Below, in pieces: positions 37,006-50,650 of a DNA stretch of 64,000 nucleotides. The notes beneath the pieces were generated by a model. The model was given only the letters and a program-made list of their open reading frames with translations, was not told the origin of the DNA and did not search any database. The stretch's first letter is position 1. The number at the start of each line of letters is the position of its first letter. Position numbers and translations under genes: made by a program. The DNA comes from Carcharhinus longimanus (taxonomy: Eukaryota), in NCBI GenBank assembly GCA_030264375.1, contig JASCQW010000166.1, positions 1,361,048-1,425,047 on the forward strand, given 5' to 3'.

Positions 37006-40000
37006 CACTGACTCTCATGCTCGTTAACACTGCATCCAGATTTATACTCGTCGATCTTTTCTTCCTCCTTCTCCAGGGGTAGCTACTCCATTGGGTTTAG
37101 TTGCTCTCAATCTTGTAATTCAATCCCCTTTTCGCCTTGATACCTCTCCGATTTTTTGATTGATTTGAAATCCATTAAGTTGAGGCGTACAACACAAAAC
37201 TTTGACCCGTTTGGGTTGTGAAAAACGACTTGAGCCTGACATTAAACTCCTTTCACCTCGAACGGCATACCGACCCTCAGCTCTCACTGAACTACTCCAG
37301 AAAATCAAATGTAGTCTACCAAAAACAATATGAAGAATTATTTTCGAAGTTTCGATGAAAACAATCTCTGCCCAGAAACTATTGAGGGGACGTGATTGTT
37401 CTAAATCCCTTTCCGCCCAAAACACTCATGTTCATTTTTATGAATACAGATTAAACATTGTATTTGTTAGAGATCGAATCGACTATCTGATAATGTCATC
37501 GATTTAGGTTCAATGATTACAGATCATTTATAGTCATTGAAAACAGGCAATAAATATCAGTATTCTGATGAACTTCCATATTAATCTGGGAGATGATTGA
37601 CTGTGACCTGTTGGAAAGTTATCAGTCAGAAAATGAAGTTGACCAGTCTGAGAAACATTTTCAGAACACGTTGGGGACGAGGAACAAACCGGGGAGAAAT
37701 TCTCCGCCTTCCAGAAGGGGGCTTGTTTCGATGTGTAACGTTTCATGGTCCAGTTGCCACCGGCTCTGTGTGTGTTTTCAGTGGTAGGTTTGTAACTGAA
37801 GGGAAGGTTGGCTAGAGCAGTAGAATCGTTAGTCAGGAGACGCTGAGACCTCGGGGAGGGCATGGGCCGGGGCACGATGGCATTGAGTGAGGTAGTTAGT
37901 GGGCATGGGACGTGACTAAACCAAAACCTGAACCTGAGGATCTCCAGAGTTCGGATCCAGTGAGCAGGGGACCGTTTGCACTTATTCTCCTCCTTCCCCA
38001 GGATGTATTCATTGCATCATGTTTTGAAAACTGTTGGTCAACATTTGAATCTAACTGTTGCACCGGGGAAGTGACTTTATTCGCCACGCTGTTTATTGGG
38101 CCGTTTCGCTTTTGAAGAGGGAACGGGAGACGTTCACAGACAGGGGGACGCTTGGTATGCAAACAGATTTAGTGACAAACAATGAAACTCGGCTCACAGA
38201 CCATCTGCCGGAGCGACCCTCAGCTGTCACCCAGATCCCTTAAAGGGGCACATCCAGCTGATATTTTTTGTCGGAAGTTAAACAATTTGGATGTAAGAGA
38301 ACAGTTATCCTGGAATAGGGAACAACGAATTTCTTTTAAAAAAATGTATCGGATGATCCACCTACAGTAATCATTATCATATATTTAATTATATTTTTTC
38401 TTTAAGTGATATTCATCTTTATGGAAAACAAATTGATGCCAATTCAGCTGTATAATAAATTAAATCGGGGAGACATTACAGAGAATCACCAAAAGTGTTT
38501 TATTTTTGCCTCCTAACTTACTGTAATAGTCACCGGGCAGACTTCCGGGGTTATCCGGGGCGTTTTTTTAATTCATTTTGGTTTTTAGCTCACAATGTTC
38601 CAGAGGAATGTTAAGGGTGAGATAAGAGGTTCTCGGCCCGTTATTCTCCCTAAAGCCTAACACACAAACTGGCTTTTTCACCTGGAGAATCATCAGGAAC
38701 ACCTCAGCCCCTTTTCCGGAAATATCTGGATGTTTGAAAGCAGCTTTTCAGCCATTTAAATTGTTACCTTTGTCCATCTCAGAACTGCGATTTTTATATT
38801 TTGTTTGGGGAAAAATAACGAAGCTCTTGTCATGAAAATGAATTCACCTGGCAGCGTAAAAATCGGAGAAGTATTTAGATTAACGAAAATAAACTCTGAT
38901 TACTGGATTTAACGATGATTTTTTGGCATCGAAATATGTAATATGTGATATTTGAAATCCTAATCATTCCAGCTCCAATTACTCATGAAATGTCTTGATT
39001 TATTAGAATTCGATGGTTTCGCTGAAAGGTTCCGTGTTGCCTTGATTCAGATATTATTTTGTAATGGTTCCGTTGTGTCTGGTTGATGGAGACAATAATG
39101 TTTGTGAGAGCAGCATTGGAGTGAAGTCCAATAACGGGACAGCTGCCGGCAAGCGGCGAATAATCTGCTCCAAAGTCATCAGTTGAGTTTAGCCATTGTT
39201 TAAATAATGGTTAAAATGCCGCGGTCTGGGATTTGTCTGTTTGGGCCGTGGAGGGAGAGAATGCTAATTGACGCCCTCTCCTCTCCGTCCCCTTTCCGTT
39301 GCTGCAGAGTGTGAGGCCCAGGGACAATAGGAAGGCGTGTGCCAGAGCTCAGCTCTGTCTGCGGGGCCACAGGCCGGGGATAGCGGACATTCAACCGGCT
39401 CATAACACTGGCCAGGCCCAGCCAGCTGGCCGCAGGGAAAATAACAATGATCCAGACCGCATCTTCTATACCATTATAGAAAAGGTTCCAGATATCAGCT
39501 TTCAACAAATATCGCCGTCCTTTGAAACTTCGAAAATAGCTTCAACTTTTCCCACAGTATCTTCATATGATCGATATTTCTATCAAACATACTTATCTTT
39601 GATATGCCCTTGTGTGTACCTCTTTCTTTACGAAACATGTTCCGACGCCTTCACGCTGTTTTCTTCCAACCTTTCAACCTCCCCTTTTTATTCTAAATTC
39701 TGCAGACTTTGAAAACTCAAGCTTGCTGTTGACCCGTCAAGGCTCAATCTTAAGTTTTACTCGTTTCCACAACTTTGGTGGTGTTCTGCGCCTAAGGACT
39801 GGTCAGTTATCTGTGATATGGGTGATTGAGGAATTAACAATGATATACGGTGTGGCTTTATGTGGCACAGGATGAAGTGAAGTTTCCAACAGTTTGCTGA
39901 AACGGATGATCATTAAATCTATCAGATCGAAACGCTCATTCAACATTGGAGACAAGGAACCTGCCACAAGACACATCGCGCGGACAGATGCGCAGATCAT

Positions 40001-42640
40001 TAAAATGGATTAAACAGATACAAGTTTACACAAGTCCCCGTGTCCCGCCCGACAGTTGCTTGTGATTTTTCATTCAGTGTAGATTAACATGACAATAATG
40101 ATTTTCACAATTGACACGGGGAGATATACCGCGCAGCGCCCCCCAGTCAGACTGTGACACTCATTCAAAGAGTTTTCGTTTCTTTTTCCATTGATGGACT
40201 CGTCGATCTGTACCCCTCGCCTCACCATCTCCAACACTACGCACCCTCCCTACCCCCGATTTTCCCCCACTTCGTACAAAACGGCGCCGTTAAAAAAAAA
40301 CAAATGTAATGATTAACGAATCTAACCTGATTTTTAAGTCCGTTTCGTTTCTCGTGTCAACCCATCCTGGCCGTCCCGCCAGATTTCCAGACACTTTGCT
40401 GAGGCCGGTCCTGCCAGGTCTTGTGAAACCAAGAGGAGAAATGGGAAAGAGATTTATCCGATCGCACACAGGATCAACAATATTGTGTGAAACAGAAGCC
40501 TTGGTTTTTATACAGTGTTTTTGGACGGAATGAATCCTAAAGTACAATTATTCTAATCTGATAAAGTGTTCTACTGATCATTTTTATTTTGTTCCGACAG
40601 TGGACCTAGATATAAAATGCACATTTTTTTGGAACCAAGGATTTACTTTAAGTTTCATATTACATGCGGTGAACAGACGGTAGGCGGTGGTGGGTTTTTT
40701 TGGAGGGGAGGAGGGAATAAATAGATTGAATCATTCCTCCTCAATAATCGTTATATATTTACACGCACTTTCACAATTAGCAGGCAGCAGTTTATATCCC
40801 ATAAGAAACGCTGAATATTAAAACTGTGAGGGATAATTGGACCTCCTGCTGTTCCTGATACGATTATGTCACAGCCTGGGGCCAAGTTTCATCACACACA
40901 GTTTTTGAACTCACTGCATCCATCGGTCCGATGGGGTATTTATTTATCCGGCGCGTATCAATTATTCGTAAAATATGTGCAGTGCTAGCTGCAAAGTTTT
41001 CAAAACGACCCCCCCTCCGCGCACACACACACACACACACACATCGCCTCCTCCTCATCTTTGAGAAGGATACAGACAGCAAACATCCTGATTACAGTCC
41101 TTATAAGCCACACATATCCAAGTTCTCCTCCGTCCAGAGAAAAATCCCAGCAAATGTAAGCTGTGACCAATTTAACGCTATGCCATCACTTTATATATAA
41201 ATAAGGCATTTGTTCATTCGTTTTTTTTTAAGGACGGGGGGTAGGGGTGTTGTCCTTTGCGCCTTCTAGTTGTGAATTCAACTGAGACTGTTATTAATTT
41301 TCTGTCTCACTGTATATACGCGTTGGAATAATTTTCCGGCTTGGTATGGTTCACGTTATCGATATCACTCACACCGTTATTGACGCTCTCTTTAAGATTC
41401 CTCTTCCCAAATTATTTTTGTCAATTTCGGGTACATTTCACTTCCCCCAGCGTCCCCTCCACATACACTACCCACTCCCACTCCACTCCCCCCCCCCCCC
41501 TCCGCATTTTGAATTGATTTCAATATTGACACCAGTCGCAATAAAACAAGTTTAACAGCTATACTATCCATGAAATAGTAACACAACAGAACTCTGTTCC
41601 CGCCCCTAATACCGCTTTAATTATCAAAGATCAAGAAAGATTGAGATGGAATTTGAAACATTGAAGAAAGACTAAAATTTCCTGGATAGAGACAGATACA
41701 CGAATTCATTGATAGACAGCCAGAAAGACACAAGAGAGTGGTCCACACATTAATAAATAGATACATAAGAATACACACCTGCAGCCCAGGCAGTATGTTG
41801 AGTTTTCTGAACTCAGTGCTCTGAAGTGCAGTGATTTAGCATCAGTCTTGTGAGTGCATCCACTTCACTGACTTTTCCGGGCGCTTTTTGCAGGCAAGAT
41901 TACACCATGGGTTAACTCTGCCCTCAAATCAAAGTCAACTCGCGTCTCGGCTTCTTTGTTCAGCAGATGTTGCACCTCCTGAAACCCACAGGAGGCGTTT
42001 GAAAATAGCACCGTGCTTACTGAGGACGAGGAGCGCCACGCCGTGGCAGTGATCTGTGTTTTCAAGCAGCTTCTCCCTCCCCGCAATCTTCTCTCTCCTG
42101 CTTTTGCATGGGGTGCTTCTCGCCGTGTGTTGCCCTCAACCCAGTGGGTGTTATTCTTCACTTGCGAGCCTGGCCAGAGAGTTTCAGCAGCTCTTCCAGT
42201 TTACTGCACGGCTCAGTGCTGACTTTTCTGATTGGCGTTTCTTTTCAGAGTTCGCGTATGCAACTTAGAATTGCACGCAGAGGAACTTTGCCAGCCAGGC
42301 ATGTACCCCTGGCATTCACAGATGCTGCCTTTCAGCAGGGAAGAGAGACTTGCACTTTCCAGCTCTTACACGATCTGGACATGTCCCAAAGCGCTTGACA
42401 GCCAAAAGTACTTCAAAAGCGTTGTCGCTTTTGTCGTCACAAGAATCCTGATCATTTTTCTTCACTGAATTAGGGATATTGAGGCATAGATCTGGCAAGC
42501 TAGCAACACAGTAGACCATTCAGCCCATTGTGCTTATGCTCGCTCTTTGAAAGATCAATTGAACAATCCGAAACTATCCCCACTGAGATGGTGGGTCAGC
42601 TACCTCAGGACAGACAGGAAACCAAATCTAATATCAGGTA

Positions 42641-42793
42641 CCAAAAGAGAAAATGCTGGAAAATCTCAGCAGGTCTGGCAGCATCTGTAAGGAGAGAAAA
42701 GCTTTGACAAAGGGTCATCTGGACTCGAAACATCAGCTTTCCAGCATTTTCCCTTTTGGTTTCAGATTCCAGCATCCACAGTAATTTGCTTTT
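42641..42793. mobile_element. Short Penelope-type non-autonomous element with TSD
   Basis: Contains the internal inverted segment caaaagagaaaatgctggaaa / tttccagcattttcccttttg. Flanked by atctaatatcaggta (42626-42640) and atctgatatcaggta (42794-42808). Related copies at ~15690-15808, ~28880-28990 and ~45160. Confidence 0.7.
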
Positions 42794-43315
42794 ATCTGAT
42801 ATCAGGTATGAATTACACCAGGACTCATAGTTCCACCACAGAAACTTAGTTCATATAAGTTTCTTTTTTGAGGCTTACATTGTTTCAGCACTTCACGATG
42901 GCACTATATCTCAAAGTGCCTCACAGCCAATTTACGCACAGGCAGATCCCACAAACAGTAATATAATGATTGTTACTATGTGGCTAGAGACCAGTAATGT
43001 TTTGTTGAAAGTAGATGAAATTTACTTACTAAGAGTGTAAAGACACAAGATTTCATGGTTTCAAATGAACAACAGAAGCTTTATGATACAAGAGTCAACA
43101 AAGCAAAAAATCACTATTCTACCTTATAGTCCAACATCCAGAATTTACATGATGTAAACATGAATCAACAGGCAATTTGGTCAAACCCAAACCACACACC
43201 AGAGATGGCAATCATGATCAAGACAGTTCCTACAAGGTTCTCAGCAACCAAACCAGATGTCAGTGATCACTGTGAGTCACAAAAAATATTTAAACCCTGT
43301 CTTCCTGTCTTTAAT

Positions 43316-43740
43316 GAAGGGGATGGATAGGGTAGAGGTAGAGCGATTCTTCCTGCTTAGAAAGGACAGCAGGACTAGAGGACACAGCCTCAAAATAAGG
43401 GGGGGGGGGTGCAGTTTAGATCAGAGTTGAGGAGGAACTTCTTCACTCAGTGGGTGGTGAATCTCTGGAATTCTCTGCCCGTTGAAGTGGCGGAGGCTAC
43501 CTCGCTGAATATATTTAAGTCACGGGTAGATAGGTTTTTGATAGACAAGGGAATTAAGGGTTATGGGGNNNNNNNNNNNNNNNNNNNNNNNNNNNNNNNN
43601 NNNNNNNNNNNNNNNNNNNNNNNNNNNNNNNNNNNNNNNNNNNNNNNNNNNNNNNNNNNNNNNNNNNNTTATTGAATGGTGGGGCAGGCTCGAAGGGCTA
43701 GATGGCCTACTCCTGCTCCTATTTCTTATGTTCTTATGTT
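43316..43740 (+). mobile_element. CR1 LINE 3' fragment spanning a gap
   Basis: Encodes FRSELRRNFFTQWVVNLWNSLP..V.EA.SLN.FK...DRFL; ends in a (ttcttatg)n tail. Confidence 0.9.
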
Positions 43741-45159
43741 CCTCACAAGGTATTTCAGCTAATCTCTTTCAAAGAAATTCCACTGATTTCTTAACAGCAG
43801 CTCCAGCTCAGCCTGGAAGCACTCTTACTTATTCTACCTGCAATGAATTGTCAGGAATTGGATTCCAGCTCAGATTGCCCCTATAACTGTTTGCTGCCCA
43901 GCCATACAGTCACTTTATCTGCATTTGTGTCCCATGGTATTTGCCAGGCTGCTCTATGGAGTCTATACTCAGGCACAGTTCCAGCTCTTCAGGTGCGCTG
44001 CTGCCAGTGACTGCTCTGGGGTTCTTTGATCCCCAACTGCCAGCTTCACTGAACACCTATGACCCCTGGACTATTCAAGTGCTCTAGCTGCACAATGCTA
44101 ACCCTATTCTTCTGCTCCTGATGAACTGTCACAAGAGCACATTTTGCACCTAAACCCACAGTCACCCGAGCAAGTTTTACACAAAGTTATGCATTTGTTT
44201 TGCATCCTTCTGAGAGAGCACACAGGACTCGGTTTAACATCCTATCCACAAATGAAACAGCAGTTCCTGCAGTGCAGACCATCTTTCATTGTCGGGTTTT
44301 CATATTATCTCCCATTTAGGTGCATTGCTGCTTCAAAATATATGGCTACAATTTAAAGATAGCAGTTCGCTCACAGTGTCCAACCAAGTATCACAGACAC
44401 CAGTGAAACTGCTGTCAACTTGCGATGACACTGTGTCTTTAATAAATGCATTTTTATCATATTTCTTTAAAGGATATGTTTAAAATTTAACTTTCTTTTA
44501 CGTGGTGTCGATTTGTCCCAATATCAGGCAGCTCATATGCTGAGAACACAAGCTAATGATTGATTTTAGCTCAGGATGTATTTGTTTTAATCTTCTTTAA
44601 TGCATTTTTGTTTATTTTGGTTTTTTCTTGGGGTTTCAAAAGGGTTTTGATTAGGTTGATTGATGAAGGCAGAGGCATGTGTTTGGGTGGAGCTAAGCTT
44701 ACAGGGAAAACACAAAATTCTCTTCTATTTTTCAACAATCAGATTCTGCCTGGTCCTGAAAGAAGCAAGAAGTCTCTCTTTCTCTCTGCTTGGAACTGTA
44801 AGAAGGCAGGTCTCTCTCTCTCTCTCTCTTTCTCTCTGTAGAGGCTGCTGTTTGGGACTGTCAGAAGTCAGGTGTCTTTCTCCCTCTCTCTTTCTCTCAC
44901 ACACACACACACACACACACACACTTCAGAGGTATTCAAAGGGTCTCGGATTGTTTACAAGGACAAGCACAAAAGTCTGTGAGTTGCTTACTGATTTGAA
45001 GAGGAGTTTAAGTATATAAGAGGAATATTACCTAATAGAACTAATAGAGACAGGTTAGCAGTTAAGAATTGTATCTTGTCATGTTTAAGTATTTCAATTG
45101 GTTAAAATCAAGATAATTCATTTGTTACAGCTCAACCCAGAGTGGCAGGTAGCAGGAAT

Positions 45160-45712
45160 ATAAACAGAAAATGCTGAAAAAGCTCAGCAGGTCTGGCAGC
45201 ATACGTGGAGAGAGAAACAGAGTTAACATTTCAAGTCTGCATGACTCTTCTTCAGAGCCAAAGAGAAGGAGGAATGTGATGGATCTGATATTGTTTTAGA
45301 GGGACTGGAGCAAAATAGAAGGTCAGTGATAGGCGTGAGACATTGCTGGGATACATTGCACAAAATGTATCCCAGCAATCCAAGACAAAAGAAGTGTTAA
45401 TGGCTGTGTTAAAGACTAGATATAGAAGGTGCTAATGGTGGTAGAAAGGTAAGATAGCAGAACGTGTTAATAGGAGAACTAAGGTCAATGCTCAGTGAAA
45501 GCAAAACATAAGAACAAGTGGCAGATGGTCCTGTGGGGTGGGGTGGGGGCAGCCATTACGTTGGGACAAAGAGAACCTGGAGGAGAAAGTTTACAGTCTA
45601 AAGTTGTTGAACTCAGTGATAACTCCAAAAGGCTGTAGCGTGCTGAATCAAAAGATGTGTTCCTCATCCTCTTTTTTTCAGATTTGCAGCTTCCGCAGTA
45701 TTTTGCTTTTAT
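45160..45712. mobile_element. Degenerate Penelope-like element remnant
   Basis: Begins with the same aaacagaaaatgctg...ctcagcaggtctggcagcat arm as 42641 and ends with cagatttgcagcttccgcagtattttgctttta. Confidence 0.55.
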
Positions 45713-47857
45713 TATGGTAGGCAGCAGTGGACTGATTTCCTCACATAATGACCAGATCATCTGTTTTTTTTCAATGATGTTGGGTTGAAGGATAACTATT
45801 AACCAGTGCACCATTGATTATTCCCTCAGTGTTCAAAATAATATCATGCAATCTTATTTACATTCTCCTGAGAGAGCACCAGGATTTAGTTTAACAGCTT
45901 ATCCAAAAAATAAACAGCAGTTCCCACAGTGCAGCATTCATTGCTGCTACGAAATGACAACCTAAATTTGTGCTCAAGTCTCCAGAGTAGGACAAACTTG
46001 CATTTTCTGAATCAGAAGCATAGAATGCTACCCACTGAGCCACAGCTGACACTGGAGTGTTTATAGACCTTAGTGCTTATATGTGCAAAATTGGAACTCA
46101 CCAGCTTTATTAGATTGCCAAATGTACTCATTTTCTAACTGTCTTTGTCCCTCCCCTGTGAAAAGCAGTTGGCTGAGGTCACAAACTCAGCGTCTGGGGC
46201 AGCAAATTCTTTCCTGCCCAATGTATGTTCTTTTAGTCCCAATACCAATATAATCCAAACCTGACGAAAACACTGTTCTGTCTCTTGTCAAAATACACAC
46301 TTTGGATTATTATTCAGTTGCTTTGGGGCAAATGAGAATTTACAAGTTGATTTTAGTTATTTGCATGGGTCTGATTGCTGCACAAGTTCGAATTTGCAAT
46401 ACCAAATGGAATTAAGAGATTTGACTGGTAAAAACTGGTTAAAAATGAAAATAGGAGCCTCAAAAATATGAGTTGGAGTACTCAATTGTACAATGTCTGA
46501 TATCACTCTATTTTTACCTGGGATTCATAACCTCTCAGTGTTGACTGTCTAGGGGGGGAGAATGTGCACTGGCAAAGGTGCTGGAGACTCTTCATACTGT
46601 GGAACTAAACCCAGCAAGACTCAGTGCTTCCAATGGAAAGACAGAGCATATTATAAACCACACCAACAGAGCTGAAGTGCAAGCAAAGAAAAACAGCCAT
46701 TGTTTTCTGGTCATGTTCACAAATTGGCTGACATGTTTTCTGCATTCCAACAGTGAGTAGATTTCAAAAAGCACTTCAATGGCTGTAAAATGCATTGGGA
46801 CATCCTGGGATTGTGAAAAGCACTTCTGAAATACAAGTCAAGATGACTGAACACTTCATAAATGAAGGAATGATGGGCGACCACTTGTATAATAATAATC
46901 ACTCAGCATATTGTTTTTCTCGAATCTTAAACCTTTATTCATGCTTCCCACAGAAATTTACTTTCCTTATAACAAGTACACTTCTGCTAAACTTAATCAT
47001 GATGCTTTGCACAATATATCATCAGGGAATAATGAACTCTGTATTCTGGAACTCTGCAAACCACATTACAAATCATGTATCACGCACTAAAGATTGCAAA
47101 CTGATTTTGATCAATAAGCTAAATTCCACAGAAAACTGAATCAGTATCTGTTCCAAAACTTAATGAGTGGGCAACAGTCCCATTTCAGAATATTCCCAGC
47201 CGGAACGTACTGAGAGAAACATAAACTTAGATCTGAGCACTCTCAGTAATCAAACAGGATTTGACTTAAATTTGACTCCTGCCCCCTTCTATTTCCCCCA
47301 TCTTTCTTGATGGGATGAGCAATACAGGTGATTGCTCTGATCCTCCTTGGTACAACCAAAAACAGTGCGTTATCTGCTGCACTCAAGGTACAAAACAAAC
47401 CCCTTGACAATGAACAAATGGAAACATCAAAAAACATACAAATTGTTATTCTAAGTAACAAATACACATAAAAATATCAGGTTGATGGAAGCTTCTTTAG
47501 CATTTAAACCCCAAGCTGTCATGTAAATAATACTCTTATTGATGATTATTTTCTGTGGCTCCAGTTTGTTGTGTCAGGGTCTAGCAAATGTAGGGTGAAT
47601 ATGGAGCTGATTACAGTTACTGCCTTAACAGTGATGTAAGAGAACACATGAGCTGCACCCAGGCTCAGTTGAGAGTTGGACAAAGTTGTGTCTACCAGCA
47701 AGTATGGAGACATTCCCTAGTTTGTACCCTTTACTCTACAGTCATTCTCCAAGTCAGTAAAGGCTTACAGTGAACCTATATGTGACCACAAAGACCTCTT
47801 TGGACCAACAGAACTGTAATCAACACACAATGACTTACATTATGCTGGAAAACCCAA

Positions 47858-48516
47858 GGCTAGAATTTTACACTTCCCACCTCCCCCTCCACCAACCATC
47901 CCCCAACGGGTTCTAAGGCAGGGGACGTGTAAAATAGCAAGAGTGGAATTCCCTCCTTTTTCCTACCCAACCCAACCTGGTCGCTGGAGCAGGCAGGAAA
48001 CCTGCCCTTGTCCCACTTAAGACACTTAAGTGGCCGCTTAATGGGCACTGCAGGGCTATCTCCTGCCCAGCCTCAATTTTCAGGCTGATGAGCAGACGAT
48101 AAATGGTAATGGAAAGCCAAAGATGAACTAAGTTCAGTTGTCAGTGGGATTGACGGTGTCCTCACCCATCTAGTCCAATGTCCAGTGACCTGTAGACCTC
48201 CCTCACCATTCCATCCCTCCCCCCATTGAAGCTATGCCCTGAGACACCAACTGTCCTCCTGTGACCTGTTAGGTCTTGCCTCCAGCCACTTATACCCTTG
48301 CCACTCACATTTGCATCATTTCCTGGCACTTAGTTCCAGACAGTTAGCTGCAGTGTCTCTTCTGGCCACTGCACCACTGTTCTTGGAATTAAAGGGCTGC
48401 CAACTAATGTGAATGACCAGCTGCTCTTCCTGGTGACAGGCACAAGTCCCACCTTTTGCCAATCAATGCGTGCCACAGCACAAAATGGCACTGGGGCTAC
48501 TGGCCAAATCCCAGCC
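47858..48516. mobile_element. MITE-like non-autonomous DNA element
   Basis: Imperfect terminal inverted repeats ggctagaattt and aaatcccagcc, a GC-richer interior and a ccacttaag...cttaagtgg palindrome. Similar pieces at ~49417-50150 and ~50840-51100. Confidence 0.5.
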
Positions 48517-50351
48517 ATCCTTAGAATTCTGACCCCAAAACCTCACAGAAAATGGCAAGAGAAAATAAAAAGCTTGAAGGATAAATACAGAAAAACAATC
48601 TGACATGAAAATAAATTCCAGAAGCACAAGTGCAGAGGAAGGATCACCAACAAAATGCTCCAAAGAAAGACGTAGAAGCTGAAGGCAGAGGTTTAAAATT
48701 CTTTGCTGCAGCATAAGTCTTCATTACATTTTGGAAGTTCAGCTTCAAATCCCAGAGCACAGGATCAGCAGACCTAATACAGGTGAGCGAAATCTTTTCC
48801 AGTTCCAGACTATAGAAAGTCCTGAGAAATCTTTAACATTTTCAGAATCAGAAATACAATTTGAATAAAGTCATTCCCTAAAATTCCGATCCTGGAGGTG
48901 GTGTTTTAGTTCACTCTGAAAGAAAAATAATTAATTGAATACTCCCAGAGAATTGTGACTTTTAAAATCCAGCTAAAGACAAGCAAAAGCCAGCATTTGA
49001 TAAATTTGTGACTTTGAACATAAACACTGATGAAAAGATCTCTGTGAGCAGCCATTCCAGCCAGCCATTGTTAAAAATCTTTTCAAGCTGAGTGGAATTA
49101 CTATTGTAGCAAAGTTCACCAAAGCAAGCAGGTGTGGACAAGTTTGATGTTCTTGAGAAGATCATTTCGACATCATCCAGATGAATACCTTTTGATTCTA
49201 TCTGGTGAACTTGTACGTGAAGATGTCAGAATGCAAAACTTCAATGAAATATCAAAAGCTTTTGACAAATATTTTTGTCTTAAATTTGTTTAACAGAGAG
49301 CTTGAAAGAGAGACAGAAACCCCTCAGTAAAATTATGAAAGAGAAGAAGACATTATCCATGCAAAACACATGAGGGCACCAGAGAGGCAAATAACTTTAC
49401 TAAAGTCTTGAAAACGTGGCTGCGATTCTTCCCAGTTGGGTCTATGCTTCTCCCACATGTTGGATGCTAATTTATTCATGTTGGATATTCGGAGACTGGG
49501 CCACATTTTTTAAAGGGCAACCTGGTCTCCATGCTTGGTTACCGCACCCCTACAAAGAAAAATGGTGCCGGGGAGCACCACCAACCTCTTACCATAGAGG
49601 GGCATCCCCCCCCAAACCAAGGAACCAAACCCTCTCACTCAACCTCCCCTTCCTGCCCAGATCCCTCCCCTCAGCTTCCCTTTGTTCTCAGATAAACCTC
49701 CCACTCAGACTCCTTCCCCCTCAGGTTCTCCATTCAGCCCAGCCCCCCAGACTCCTGCAGCCTCCCTTCAGGCCAAACACCTTGGCAGTCCCAACAGTGC
49801 ACTGCCCCCACACTATGGTACTGACACCCAGCCTGGCGCATTGAGTCCTGAGGAGGCTCGAGAAGATAAGTCCAGTGGCCATTTGCCCCTTTGCTGCTGC
49901 CAGGCTGCAGAGGAAGGGCCCCTCAAGGGTCCTGGGTGTTGGCTGGACTCAGGTTTGAGAAAGGGTGGGGATGTTGTGGCTCCCCTTGTCCCTTCTCGCT
50001 CTGGCAAACCTGCAGATCATCCCTGGCATGGTAATTTCAGGCAGCTCCTGCCTGTCACCTGTGGAAATTCTGAAGTGGCCCCCAGATCACCCGGCAGGAA
50101 TTTAAATCATTGCAGCACTCTGTTCTCCTTTCTCCCTGTCAGAAGCTGCAAGTGAGATCAGACTACTTGAAGTTCTCTGATACATTGGAGATGTCAATCT
50201 CAGCTGGGGCAGACTGGAGGCAGTCTCCAGTCAGCCCAGCTGTGCATTCAGCCTCAATGTTTGTACACAGCTTTGACTTGATATTGCTGTGACTTCCCAG
50301 CAAGCTGAAACCCTCCTCCATTGCACTTGAAGCCTTTGATCTGTAACAAGT

Positions 50352-50650
50352 CATAGAGTCGTATACATCTACAGCAAGGAAACAGGCCTTTGGCCCAACT
50401 TGTTCATGTGTTCTTTTTTAACCACTTAGCTCGTCCCAATTGTCTACGTTAGACCCATATTCCTTGATACCCATCTTGCCTATGTAACTGTCTAAATTCT
50501 TTTTAAAAGACAAAATCTTACCGCCTCTACTACTACCTCTGGCAGCTTGTTCCTGACCCTCATCACCCTCTGTGTGAAAAAATTGCCTCTCTGGACCCTT
50601 TTGTCTCTCCCCCTCTCCTTAAACCTGTGCCCTCGAGTTTTAGACTCAAT
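50352..50650 (-). mobile_element. CR1 LINE 3' fragment
   Basis: Reverse tail (tcatagagtc...acagcaaggaaacaggcc); near-duplicate family member of 53932-54425. Confidence 0.7.

Noticed and set aside
42971-44133. Possible solo LTR (TGTTAC...GTCACA) interrupted by CR1
   Set aside because: No matching target-site duplication; boundaries cannot be supported.
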